From assembly GCF_000143415.4 (NCBI RefSeq), contig NW_003314310.1:1350960-1414959 (forward strand): 64,000 nt of DNA, given 5' to 3'. The notes beneath the pieces were generated by a model. It did not search any database and was not told where the DNA came from. It saw only the letters and a list, made by a program, of their open reading frames with translations. The position numbers and the translations under genes are program-made. Origin of the DNA: Selaginella moellendorffii (lineage: Eukaryota > Plantae > Lycopodiophyta). Positions 22,510 to 35,272 of the stretch are shown piece by piece; position 1 is the stretch's first letter; each line of letters starts with the position of its first letter.

Positions 22510-25500
22510 ATGGCCTTCAGGGTTGGGGAAAAGGTTTACATTTTGAATGGTGGGAAGAGAGTTGCAAAAGGGACCCTTGTGTCTATGGATCGGAACTTTG
22601 TTATACACTGTCAAAGGCTTGGGGAAGGCAATGCTGCTGTATCAGTAGAGACTGTCTTCGATGGGAATGTGGTCGCTATTGAACGAGGAGAGATGGTCGT
22701 CGGGGTAAATGTTGTTGTTGCCTTGAAAAATCTTCAGAAGAAAGCAGATGTTGGGGACAGCGCAAGTGCGACGCATGTTCCCTCCGTGGATCTTAAGAAC
22801 CGTGCTACATGGATTCAGGCGAAGGTGTTTCTAAACAACCCCGAGGGGGAGGTGGTAGCTGAGGGCTTAGCCACAGTTGTCGATCCAAGAGATGCGGTTG
22901 CTAATCAAGAATTGGGCTGGGATGATATTGGAGTTGCGATTTTAGAGGTTGTTGACACAGAAGAAAACAGTCTGACTATTGGAAGCATTGTGCAGTGGAA
23001 ATTGAGGCACTTAGTGTTTAAGAATGTGAAGGATTCACAATCAAACACCACTACAACTGATGACAGAACATCTCTTCATGGGAAAAGAAAGTACACCTTC
23101 CTAAAGCGCAGCCAAAGGGATCTGAGCAACGAACCAAAAAGGCAGAAAATGGCGATGGAGGTTCAAATGGTCTCGACAGTTGCTTGTTGCAAGAGGAGGT
23201 GCTGTCAACATGCTGATTGGGATGCTATTGAAGAGGAGAGAGCAAGATACAAGACATTGTCCTGGAAGGCAGCTCGCAATTTTGTGTATGAGGCATTACG
23301 GTCATCTGTTGATGCTTCAGAACATCAGGTGGGGGGCATAGTCTTCCAGAGGGGTTTGGTCTGCATGAAGGCATGGAGAATCATTTATGGAGTCCCTCGA
23401 ACCACATTCTACAGAATCAAAATTGAGTTCGAGGAACAAAGGGTTCAACAGGCAGTCCATGGGAACGATGGTACGCACAAAACCAGGGGTCATGTTGTAT
23501 ATGGAGAGCCAATCTTCAAGAGGTTTGTCGAGACATGTAGCGAGCAGCAACCACATAAAACCCGCCTCTTGGAAGATGGAACACGAGACACCCAACGAGT
23601 TCTCCCTTCCATGTATACCAAGGGGGCCATATTGGAAAATGTGAATCGGGAACTCCAGAGTAATGGCTACAGGAAGCTGAGCCAATCTAGATTTAGTAGA
23701 TTGTGGAGCAACAGGTTCAGGGATGTGAGTATAGGAAAGTACTCCAGCTTTTCAAAGTGTGACGAGTGCACTGCTATCAAAATGGCTTTGTCGAAGAATT
23801 CTTGCAGCGCTCAAGAGCGAGAGACGTTGGTTAGAAGGCGGCTCGACCACAACATCAAGCAGAGAAGCTGCAGGACTGCATATTATCATAACAGGATTCT
23901 CTCCATGGAGAGACCTGACTCTTACCTCTGCATCATCCACGACAAAATGGACCAGAAAAAGACATGCTTACCTCGACTCAATCCTGCCCCCAAGGCAATC
24001 TCTTCATCCATGTAGCTGCCTGTGTCTCTGTTTGGCATAATCGCTCATGGGCATGGTGCCCAGAACTATGGGAACTTCTTTGTACCTCTATGGGGTGGCG
24101 GGGGTGCAAACATGATGATTGCGTCCCTAGCAAAACACTTAAGGTCTCTACAAAGTGCGCAGACTGAGCTGAACAGCCAACCCTTGCATAAGGCCCTTGT
24201 CGATCGAACCCCATACAGGGTTCAGCTGGAGGAGGAGCAAAGGCTTGCAGTATCGCGTGGGGCCCCATGCCATCCCAGTGAATATGTTGGCCGTCAGATT
24301 GTAGGGTTATCACGTGAGGCCTCATGCCATTCTGACGAGGCTGGTCTTCCGGTGAATGCACAGCCTCATCCAAACAAAGCAGAATCTCAAGGAAGTTCTT
24401 GCGGCCGATGTGGCCTTCCACCCCATCTTCTGCTCCAAACAGACAATGCTGGCAATGAGAACAAAAACATGTACGTCTTCGCGTACTTGGGGATGCTTGT
24501 TGCCAAAGGCATATTTGAAACGGTTACACTTGGCTTTCTCATGGTTGGGCACACTCATGAAGACGTCAATGCCATGTTCAGTCACCTGGCAGAGTCCCTC
24601 CGGCGATCCAATGTCCTCACCCTCCCACAACTCTACGATGAATTCCAAAATTGCATCAAAGGCACTGTTGAAGCTGCACTTCTGACAAAGGTTCCAGACT
24701 TTAAGGGGTTTGTAAGAGGCTACATCAGGGACGGATCCGAAACGCTGATTGGCCACTCCAAGCCTCTTCAATTTCATTTCAGCATGCGTGACGATGCTCC
24801 AGTGATGAGGTACAAGATGAGAGAATGGGACACAGTGTGGCTGCCAGTGGATGGCATTGAACTCTTCAAGAGAGATCCCATAACTGGGGAACCTATGATT
24901 CCTCAGGGTTCCCCACGGCCGATGCACCCGGATGGACTCAAAGACCAGGAAAGTATAGTGGCCGGGATTAGATAGCATATTGCCTTCTGGAAGAGGGGGT
25001 TGGTGTTTGGTGGAGAATCCTATTTTCAGAGGTGCAAGCCTTTGCTCGAATACTGGGAGAAGATTATATCTGCTATCCAAAATGGGCCGGTTGTATATGA
25101 AGAAGTGGAAGAGTCCTTTTGGCCAGAACCCAGAGCACCAGATAGTAGCGGAACAATGTCCTCTGGAAATGCAGTGACAGATAACGATGTTGAGGATCAC
25201 TATTGTGGGCCGAGGAACAAGAAGCCGGATTCAGCATTCAATCCAGTATAGGTCTGCAAAGGAATGGTCGTGCTTGTCAGACCAAGTAATAAAAAACAAA
25301 TGATATGGGTGGGGCGCTGCATCACTGATGCAGAGGAGGACGCGGAAACTAACTCCTTCAATGTAACTATGGAGTGGTTCAAGCCAAGTTCCGGATATAC
25401 GAAGGATTGCCTAGAAAAGAGATGGGTGCTGAATCCAAGGGATCCCAGCATGAGCATATCGGTGGATAATGTTGTGCATGGTTGGATGCAGAAGCAGAGT

Positions 25501-25651
25501 GCCACCATCACCTTGCCAGACCATGCAAGAGATGCAGCAAGAGCATTCATAACCCGGGTTCAAGGTGAGATTCATTAATATTCCTTTACTAAGTTTCTAA
25601 TGTATTTTATTTCAAGGTGAACAATCCGAATCTGAATCAGAGGAGGCGTGA
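22510..25651 (+). pseudogene. Sola-like DDD transposase with two N-terminal TnpA/Tnp1-like domains; three in-frame TAG stops
   Basis: FSKCDECT, IIHDKMDQ, LQTDNAGNENKN, FLMVGHTHEDVNAMFS. ORFs at 22510, 24022, 25000 and 25264 share one frame, broken by TAG at 24013, 24973 and 25249. Possible last intron 25565-25616; without it the ORF ends at 25578. Confidence 0.8.
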
Positions 25652-26236
25652 TGGCATGTGGCCTGAGATGATGTGACATATGCATTTACCAATCACACGT
25701 GCATAAATCTAATAATATGGCGTGTGGCCCATATTAATGGCACATAAACCCGAAACTTTTGATCGTTTTTTCATTTTTTCTTTTCTTTTTCTTAGTGTCT
25801 CTCTGTTTTGCAGTCTTTTAAATGCTACACAGCACCAATCGTCTCCTGCCACTCCTATTGCTCTGTCCCTGATGACCACTCGAGGTATGTGTACTTTTTC
25901 TTTTCCTTAACATGCTTGCCTTATTCCTTGTTGTTTAGTTTATAAAGTTTTTCAATAGTGCTGCTTTTTTTATTGAGCAATTTATGGGAAGCTGAGGTAG
26001 AGCTCCATTACTAAGAATTGTGCTTAAGAACTTAATTGTGAATGTGGATTTCCATAGAAGGGTCACCAAACTTTCACTACCACCATTGCTACATGATATC
26101 CATGATTTTGTGGCTCAAACTTATCATGAGAAAAACCAGTTAGTGCAATAAAGAAATGACTAAAAAGGCATGAAGGACTTGCAAACCTGGTAAAGTTGAA
26201 GAGTACACAGATTGGAATCAAAGCCTTAGTAGCAAC

Positions 26237-28076
26237 TGTAAGTGACTAAATTTTTCCATTCTACTTTAGTCACTTAACCACTCCTCTGACCACTTGGAGG
26301 AGTCTCATTCACAACCTCCATAAGTCCCACTCAGGACTTGGGGCTTGCTAGCCCCGAGAATGGCATCCATGCTACTCAACCTTTGCACTTGGTCCCAGTG
26401 CTCCACATGTCCGGTCCCATGACCGACACCCCAAGGCACCACCAACATACTAGCTTGTGATGCTAGGCCATGCCCAATCACCTTGGTCACATCGGTGGTC
26501 CCACACCACCTGCATTGCATTCCCGTCTCTCCAAGACTGGGCCATCTGTCCATGAGTGGTCATCCCAAATCCACTCTTTAGCATCCTTAGGATGCCTGCA
26601 AACATGGGGAATAGCCTTCCCCAATATCTTTTATCTAGTCCCCACCAAGTCCCTTTCTGTCCTTGGCCGTGTTCGCCAACACTGCCACTAGATCAAGGCC
26701 CACAGGCCCGACCACTAAGTCCCACGGTCCTCTGGGACTTCCTCCCCACACGACTGTATCCTTGGTCACTACACCAGAGGACTACTCCTCTTCCTTTCCT
26801 TCGTCTGGGCCTTTGGGACAACATTTCGGAACACCGTGGCCTTACGCAAGCCTCGTGGGTACTCTCCCCGCCTTCCGCCCTTGGGTGCTCTAGCCATGGG
26901 CTTAGAGCGAGGTTTCGTTGAGCCACGCTTGGTATCCAAGTAGGTAGTGCCACCCACACTTGGACTGGGAGCATCGGCCAGTCGATCTCCCAGGGGAACT
27001 AGAGCCGGCTCTTGAACACTTCACCAAGCTACCCTGTTTGTCGGTCTGTGTTCACTCTAGTCTTGGACTTCCCAGTGGGCAGCTCATCACCCAACACTGG
27101 GTACAGCCTTCCTGGGCCAAACTAGCCTTTCCTGGCCAAACTAGCTCCACTATAGTCCTCCCCCTTACTATACTTTTGGAGCTCACCAAACCCCCCAGGG
27201 TCTGGGAGACGAACGCTTTGGGCTTTCACCCTCTCAGATTCGAACTCGGACTTAGACTTGGACTTGGACTCAGACTCGGACTCGGCCCCGGTCTCGGCCT
27301 CGGCCCCGGTCTCGGCCTCGGCCCCGGTCTCGGCCTTGGCCCCGGTCTCGGCCTCGGCCTCGGTCTCGGTCCCGATCTTGGTCTCAATCTCGGTCTCGGT
27401 CTCAGTCTCGGTCCTGGTCTCGGTCCCGGTCTCGGTCTCGACCTCGGACTCCATCTCGGGTCCTTCTCGGACTCCATCTTGGATTCCATCTCGGGTCCAT
27501 CTCAGATGCCATCTCGGACTCAGTCTTGGGTCCATCTCAGACTCCATCTCGGACTCCGTCTCGGTCCATCTCGGACTCCATCTCAGACTCCATCTCGGGT
27601 CCGTCTCGGACTCAATCTCGGATCCATCTCGGGTCCATCTCGGGTCCACCTCGGACTCCATCTCGGACTCCATCTCAAACTCCATCTCAGGTCCATCTTG
27701 GACTCTAACTCGGGTCCATCTGGGACTCCACTTTGGACTCCACTTTGGACTCCAACTCGGGTCCATCTCGGACTCCACTTCGGACTCCAACTCGGGTCCA
27801 TCTCGGACTCCACTTCGAACTCCAACTCAGGTCCATCTCGGACACTTCCACGTGTCATGTGTTGGTCCTTTTTGGGTCCCTTTTTTGGAGCCTCGCTTAT
27901 TGCTCGCTTCGTGCTCGTTCCTCAAGCACTTTGTTGAGAGTTCCACTCCCGCTCTCGACCTTTCAAGTCGGAGCCTTTAGTCCAAACATGTTACGCTCGT
28001 TTGGCTTTCGCTTCGGCCACTACCATGTGGCACCCTTCTAGCTCCACTTTGGGGCCTAGGGATTTTGTGCCTCACA
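26237..28076 (-). repeat. 3' LTR of element B, with a ~620-bp 6/12-mer array at ~27235-27850
   Basis: tgtaagtgac...gtgcctcaca; matches 33966-35272. Confidence 0.92.
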
Positions 28077-31000
28077 ACTCCACCACCCATAGACAAAGTT
28101 CGATGTCCTCATCGAATGGTAAACCCTCTTATAAAGTAACACCCGCATGTATTACTAGTTCCATCCTTGGCACCCAGCCAATATTTGTCTATGGTTTGAC
28201 ACCAAATGCGCACCATGCTTTGTCCATCCTCTAAGGGGCATAACCTCTCCAACTTAGAGGCTCATTCGACCACTTGTGGTGGTTCTCTCCTTTTATTGGT
28301 TTAGTTCTCACTAAACGTGTTAGAGACACCTTCTCTAACTCAATCTCACTACTCATTCTCGAGTGGTCTAACTTTCCATCGATATAACCCTTGCACTTTA
28401 GAACTTTTAACTCTGACTTCTCGAAGTCAATTTCCTAGGTGTCTCCGACACCTTACGTTGCACATGGTGCAACTCCACTTCCCTATCCTAGGAAGTTCTT
28501 TACTTGAGGATACCATCATCCTCTCTTCGATATCGTGCCACCTTTGACACTAAGTTTCAGTTATCATAATTGGTGCTAGGGCTGCCCATGACCCTATTAT
28601 TTGGCTACCTTACCACTCCCCCCTTTAGAGCATCCACTTTCGCCAAATCAGAGCGGTTGGGAATCCACCCTTGGGGAAATATTGCCTTTCCCACAATCCG
28701 TTAGCACTCAACACATTAGTGTTCTCGGCTTAACTTTGCCATTTGGATTTTTTCCCAAGATTCCCATGGCTCTTTTTTCTTAGCCACTAGTCTTTTGCTC
28801 CTATCCTTGATTGTTGCACCCAGCAACATAGGATGGCTACCTCCATTTTCGAGGTTTCCTTTTAGTTCCATAGCAAACACTTTGCTTTGCCAAGTCCAGA
28901 AGGTGTTCACCCCTAGTACGTCTCTTTAACATTTTCTGCTGTGGGCTCTATCCACGGCCCAACTTTTGAGATCCTCCTTTGGATCTCTTATAGAGACTAC
29001 CTTCCTCGGATTTACTATGCCACAGCATTGACATAGCTCATTTCCCTTAGGTGTTCTTCCCACTTGGTCACCTTGACCAAGCCACACCATTATCAATAGT
29101 TCAAATCAACACTTTGAACTGGGAATCATATTCCTTAACCCAAACAAAGACCTTATCTTTGTTTAGCCACAAGATCACCTGATGATTTCATCTTGACCCC
29201 TTAACAAGTCTACCAATAGGAACTAGGTCTTCCAGACCCTTTTAAATTGTTGACTATGACCCCGGGGGCATCCCCCACACTTGGCGGTGCGCCCAAGCCA
29301 ACCCTTCCGGCCAAAGATCCATAACAACTGAGATTGGGTGTCCCCATCTCATTCACCACGTCCTTGGTGCCTTTTGCACCAAAGTGTTCAAGTTAGATAT
29401 GCCGAGCTTTCACTCTAAGCAATCTAACCGTGCATCACGACTCCGAGGCATCCCTCGCTTGGCGGTGTGCCCAAACCAGTCTCCTCACTGAGAGTCCATG
29501 ACCACCGAAATATGAGTGTCCTCATATTCCAAACCATCACCACGCCCTAGTGATTTGGGACTCAAACCCAAACACTAGAGGGTTGGGACTCAAACCCAAC
29601 CTCCGTATATGCATCTACGGATGGCATCACCCTAAATGTTTGGCATGACTCCCCACGCGCTGCACCAACTTATATTTAAAGCGCGCTACAGATCACAGCT
29701 TAGGAACCTAGTTCCTCGCATTGCCAAGTCCTCTCACTTGACATGTTTTGTGATCATGCATGGACTCCTCCATGCTCGGCCCCCTGGGCCATCCCTTTGA
29801 AGTTGGCTCCTTCAACTAGGGTATTCGTTCCCCCCAACTTGCCAATCTCACTTAGCAAGTCATTCGGCCACCGTAACATGGTTCATGCATAAGCGTGAAA
29901 GTCCTTAACCATCGACTTTCGTTCAAAACCCTCTTTTTGAACATTCGGGAACTACTTCCCCAATCTTGATAACCTCACCTCATGGCAAGCTTTAAGACCA
30001 CACTTCTACTGCACCACTCTAATTTCGCGCATCCTATGAACCATTTACACTTGGCTGACTAAGTACTTATCTACCTAGGGGAACGTTCAAGGAACTCTGT
30101 TCCTTGGCTTACTAAGGCCTCTCCTTTCGCAAGCTTTCTAATTACCATATAGTCTAACATGGACAATCCCATGCTTTAAACTCTCCATGGCATCCTGGCC
30201 GCTAGTAACAACATACTTGAGCACCCACTTGATTCTCCACTCCCAACTTTCATAACCACCCTTGGTCATGCCTATCAATTCCTATAGTTCAGTTTTATCC
30301 TTACACTATTTGCCTTTTGGCCTCATACATTTCCTTCGGTTATTCTCCTCCAGATTAGGAAGATAGCTTTGCACTTTCTACCATGCCTTAGCAAGTATTC
30401 ATAGGGATGAACCTACCCGACAGCGTAAGGAGTGGTTCCTCAATCCGGGTTTGCTCACCTTGTAATCCCACACACTGGAATCACCGTTGTTACTTATGGG
30501 CCTTTATATGCCCATCACTAGCCTTGCCAAAATCCTTCTTTGGCTTTGTCCAATTTGGGTAGACGGACTTCTCCTGTCTCCACAACCTTGGACATTTGGA
30601 TAGCACCTTCTATCCTTCATTATCTAGGGACTTTGTCCCTTGGGCTTTATCTATTGCCCTCGCGACACTAAACACCACCTCCTGGTGTTCTAAAGTGTTT
30701 GGGTGTCCTAATGATGGCCTCCTTGACAATGAGCATTTCTTTTTATGACATTGACTCATTATATCGCAACGTAAGCAACTTATCCCCAATAAGGGTATAT
30801 TTAACTTCTTTATGCCATTAAGAAGTCTTAGGTAGCTACCTTTTACCCGTTTAACCAATTACCTTGCACCTCTTGCTTAGTTGTCTCATAGTTATTAAGT
30901 CCTATAACTCATTGCTGGTCCTTCCACACCTCCATCATTGTTTTGGTCACCACACTTTACCACATGCCTTCCAACTTTAAGCTATGTCATTCCCATTTCC

Positions 31001-31511
31001 GTTGGGATTCCCTTTGGCAAGGGGTTCTTATGAACCCACCAACATAACCTCAAGGTATCACACCTTGGCACATTTGGTGTCTTTACACCATTGGCCCCAC
31101 AAGCCTATCCTTATGACACTACTTATTAATGTTTAGGTCTTTGCTAAGACCAATATGGTTGTTCCTCATACTAACTATCTGTTAGCACCGCACCATAGTG
31201 TTTGCACCTAACTCTGGGCCAAAGTTGCTTTCTTCTGGGAACATCTTTCCCACAACTTTAGTATGGCACATTCTGCCATCAATGAGATACCTACTATTCT
31301 CATACTTGGATCTTATGATCCTCCCCATACCTCATGGGGCACCATACACCTTAGTCCAAATGTTTCAACCAATCCCTTAGGATTATTCCTTGACTCTTAT
31401 TTGAGTCATCCAGCTTTTTGGACTTTATCATCCGACGACCTGTGATGTCCTACCTTTGAGGTGTTAACTCACTGGAATACAACTTCTTGTATTCAGGTCC
31501 CATTCACAAGG

Positions 31512-33340
31512 TGTGAGACACAAAATCCCTAGGCCCCAAAGTGGAGCTGGAAAGGGTGCCACGTGGTAGTGGCTGAAGCCAAACGAGCATAACACGTTTG
31601 GACTAAAAGCTCCGACTTGGAAGGTCGAGAGCGGGAGTGGAACTCCCAACAAAGTGCTCGAGGAGCAAGCACGAGGCAACTAATAAGCAAGGCTCCAAAA
31701 AGGGACCCAAAAAGGACCAACACATGACACGTGGAAGTGTCCGAGATGGAGTCCGAGGCGGACCCGAGTTGGAGTCCGAGATGGACCCGAAGTGGAGTCC
31801 AATATGGAGTCCGATATGGAGTATGAAGTGGAGTCCGAGATGGACCCAAAGTGGAGTCCGATATGGAGTCCGAGATGGACCCGAAGTGGAGTCCAATATG
31901 GAGTCCGAGATGGAGTCCGAGATGGAGTCCGAGATGGACCCGAAGTGGAGTCCGATATGGAGTCCAAGATGGAGTCTGAGATGGACCCGAAGTGGAGTCC
32001 GATATGGAGTCCGAGATGGAGTCCGAGATGGACCCGAGATGGAGTCCGAGATGGAGTCCGAGGGGACCCAAGATGGAGTCCGAGATGGACCCGAGATGGA
32101 CCCGAGATGGAGTCCGAGATGGACCCGAGATGGAGTCCGAGATGGACCCGAGATGAAGTCCGAGATGGAGTCCGAGATGGAACCGAGACCGAGGCCGAGA
32201 CAGAGGCCAAGACCAAGACCGAGACCAAGACCGAGACCGAGACCGAGACCGAGTCCGAGTCCGAAACTGGGACCGAGACCGAGTCCGAGTCCGAGTTTGA
32301 GCCCGAGTCCGAGTCCGAATACTAATACAGGCAGTTGGGTGAAAGCCCAAAGCGATCGTCCCCCGGGGGGGGGGGCTGCGGGGGGTTCCAAAAGTATAGT
32401 AGGGAGAGTGTGGGGGTTGGAGCCCAGTGGAGCCAGTTTGGCCAGGAAAGGCCAGTTTGGCCCAAGAAGGCCAGACCCAGTGTTGGGTGATGAGCTGACC
32501 ATTGGGAAGTCCAAGACAAGAGTGAACACGAACCGACAAGCAGGGTAGCTTGGTGAAGTGTTCAAGAGCCAGCTCTAGTTCCCCCGGGAGATCGACTGTC
32601 CAATGCTCCCAGTCCAAGTGTGGGTGGCACTACCTACTTGGATACCAGGCATGGCTCAACGGAACCTCGCTCTAAGCCCATGGCTAGAGCACCCAAGGGC
32701 GGAAGGCAGGGAGAGCACCCAGGTTGCTCGCATAAGGCCACGGTGTTCCGAAATGTTGTCCCAAAGGCCCAGATTGTGGAAAGGAAGAGGAGCAATCCTC
32801 TAGGGTAGTGACCAAGGACACAGTCGTGTGGTGAGGAAGTCCCAGAGGACTGTGGGACTTAGTGGTCGAGCCTGTGGGCCTCAATTCAATGGCAGTGTTG
32901 GCGAACACGGCCATGGACGAAAAGGGACTTAGTGGGGATTGGAACGGAGATATTGGGGAAGGCTAATCCCCATGTCTATGGGCATCCTAAGGATGCTAAG
33001 GAGTGGATCTGGGATGATCATTGATGGATGGATAGCTCAGTCTTTGAGTGACGGGACTGGGATGCAGGTTGTGTCAAACCATCGTTATGACCAAGGTGAA
33101 TGGATATGGCCTTAGCGTAACAGGCTGATATGTCGGTGGTACCTTGGGGTGTCGGTCATAGGATCGGACACGTGGAGCACTTGGACCAAGTGCATAGGTT
33201 GAGTGGTAGGGATGCCATTCTCGGGGCTAGTAAGCCCAAGACCAAAATAGAACTTACAGAGGTTGTGAATGAGACACCTCCAAGTGGTCGGAGGTGCGGT
33301 TAAGTGACTAAAGTAAAATAGAAAAATTTAGTCACTTACA
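31512..33340 (+). mobile_element. Solo LTR of a family-B relative, nested in opposite orientation
   Basis: TGTGAG...CTTACA with TSD CAAGG at 31507-31511 and 33341-33345. Confidence 0.93.
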
Positions 33341-33965
33341 CAAGGACCATCTTTACAAATGTTACTCCAACACTTGATTTGTTCTCTTGGGGCAACCTTT
33401 TTCCCCTTATGACTACTTGTCCATGTGATGAGAATACCAACTCATCCTTTGAGTACACCCCCAACTCCTTGGGTTGTTCCAGCATTTATTATAGGTAGCC
33501 CCAGCTACCATTTCGAGGACTTGTGTCCTCTTCTATATTTGACCTTCCACAGTCATTAATTCCGGTCTCAAATTCATGAGCATCAGCCTCAACTATATGA
33601 GGGTAATCTTGTGGCTCCATTATCGTCTTGGAGTTTGCATCTTTTCCGTGATCCCAACTATAGTTGTTTACCACAATTAAATTAGCCCGTTTGCTGTGTC
33701 AAACACTCATCTGGATCACATCCTCAACTCTCTGAGGAAACCCTCATACTATTCCCAAGATCCCAAAGTTGTTCCCTTACTGGCCCTTTTCCATCCACCA
33801 CATCATGCACAAGTTCACGCATGAACTCAAGTGGAGAGCCATGTCCTCTCGACATGCTACTCCTCAAGGATAGGTCCATACCTAGGACTTTTCAATTCCA
33901 ATACAAGTGGTGATATACTTGGCCACCAATAAGCGTCGGACTAAGGAACAGCTCCAATACCAAAT

Positions 33966-35272
33966 TGTAAGTGACTAAATTTTTCCATTCTACTTTAGTC
34001 ACTTAACCACACCTCTGACCACTTGGAGGAGTCTCATTCACAACCTCCATAAGTCCCACTCAAGACTTGGGGCTTGCTAGCCCCGAGAATGGCATCCATG
34101 CTACTCAACCTTTGCACTTGGTCCCAGTGCTCCACATGTCCAGTCCCATGACCGACACCCCAAGGCACCACCAACATACCAACCTGTTACGCTAGGCCAT
34201 GCCCAATCACCTTGGTCATATCAATGGTCCCACACCACCTGCATTGCAATCCTGTCTCTCCAAGACTGGGCCATCCATCCATGAGTGGTCATCCCAGATC
34301 CACTCTTTAGCATCCTTAGGATGCCCGCAAACATGGGGAATAGCCTTCCCCAATATCTCCTTTCTGGTCCCCACCAAGTCCCTTTCTGTCCTTGGCCGTG
34401 TTCGCCAACACTGCCACTGGATCAAGGCCTACAGGCCCGACCACTAAGTCCTACGGTCCTCTGGGACTTCCTCCCCGCACGACTGTATCCTTGGTCACTA
34501 CACCAGAGGACTACTCCTCTTCCTTTCCTTCGTCTGGGCCTTTGGGACAACATTTCGGAACACCGTGGCCTTACGCAAGCCTCGTGGGTACTCTCCCCGC
34601 CTTCCGCCTTTGGGTGCTCTAACCATGGGCTTAGAGCGAGGTTCCGTTGAGCCACGCTTGGTATCCAAGTAGGTAGTGCCACCCACACTTGGACTGGGAG
34701 CATCGGCCAGTCGATCTCCCGGGGGAACTAGAGTCAGCTCTTGAACACTTCACCAAGCTACCCTGCTTGTCGGTCTGTGTTCACTCTAATCTTGGACTTC
34801 CCAGTGGGCAGCTCATCACCCAACACTGGGTACAGCCTTCCTGGGCCAAACTGGCCTTTCCTGGCCAAACTAGCTCCACTGCAGTCCTCCCCCTTACTAT
34901 ACTTTTGGAGCTCACCAAACCCCCCACGGTCTAGGAGATGAACGCTTTGGGCTTTCACCCTCTCAGACTCGAACTCGGCCCCAGTCTTGGCCTCGGCCTC
35001 GGGCTCGGTCCCGATCTCGGTCTCGGTCTGTGTTAGTCCTTTTTGGGTCCCTTTTTTGGAGCCTCGCTTATTGCTCGCTTCGTGCTCGTTCCTCGAGCAC
35101 TTTGTTGAGAGTTCCACTCCTACTCTTGACCTTTCAAGTCGAAGCCTTTAGTCCAAACATGTTACGCTCGTTTGGCTTTCGCTTCGGCCACTACCATGTG
35201 GCACCCTTCCAGCTCCACTTTGGGGCCTAGGGATTTTGTGCCTATAAAAATCCCTATAAAAATAGGGTCACA
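33966..35272 (-). repeat. 5' LTR of element B (array mostly deleted; 24-nt filler near the outer end)
   Basis: Matches 26237-28076; adjacent to the PBS. Confidence 0.9.

Larger units (their letters stand above)
13752..24330. repeat. Dispersed 22-bp palindrome, consensus ATGGCRTGWGGCCWCAYGCCAT
   Basis: Copies start at 13752, 14829, 14904, 16134, 16325, 16466, 17938, 19215, 19275, 19352, 20117, 20252, 20411, 20490, 21347, 21419, 22032, 22130, 22300, 22336, 22406, 24252 and 24309. Partial copies at ~13460, 25651 and 25717. Confidence 0.93.
13460..25740. mobile_element. Large Sola-like DNA transposon with divergent cargo gene; ends not resolved
   Basis: DDD transposase on +, multi-domain gene on -, and a 22-bp palindrome found throughout this interval but not seen elsewhere in the window. 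No TIR or TSD identified. Confidence 0.7.
26237..35272 (-). mobile_element. LTR retrotransposon family B, non-autonomous (decayed internal region, no RT/IN recognised)
   Basis: LTRs 26237-28076 and 33966-35272; TSD GCAAC at 26232-26236 and 35273-35277; PBS TGGTATTGGAGC at 33951-33962; PPT at 28077-28088. Confidence 0.9.

Noticed and set aside
13752-24330. 22-bp palindromes as a CRISPR array
   Set aside because: Spacing is irregular (tens of bp to >1 kb), copies lie in introns and exons, no cas genes are present, and the context is eukaryotic.
24322-25200. 292-aa antisense ORF
   Set aside because: Shadow of the transposase frame with no recognisable motifs.
24013-25251. Stop-codon readthrough or U-to-C editing of the TAG codons
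   Set aside because: Reverse editing is organellar, and neighbouring dead retroelements show the same CAG/TGG>TAG decay.
13365-26236. Terminal inverted repeats and TSD for the Sola-like unit
   Set aside because: No convincing pair found by eye, so boundaries are given from the motif distribution only.
26960-32617. Long GL/SR/ME-repeat ORFs (26960-27937, 27258-27980, 31529-32617, 31637-32548; similar ones at 10671-11154)
   Set aside because: By-products of stop-free 6/12-mer LTR arrays; open in several frames on both strands.
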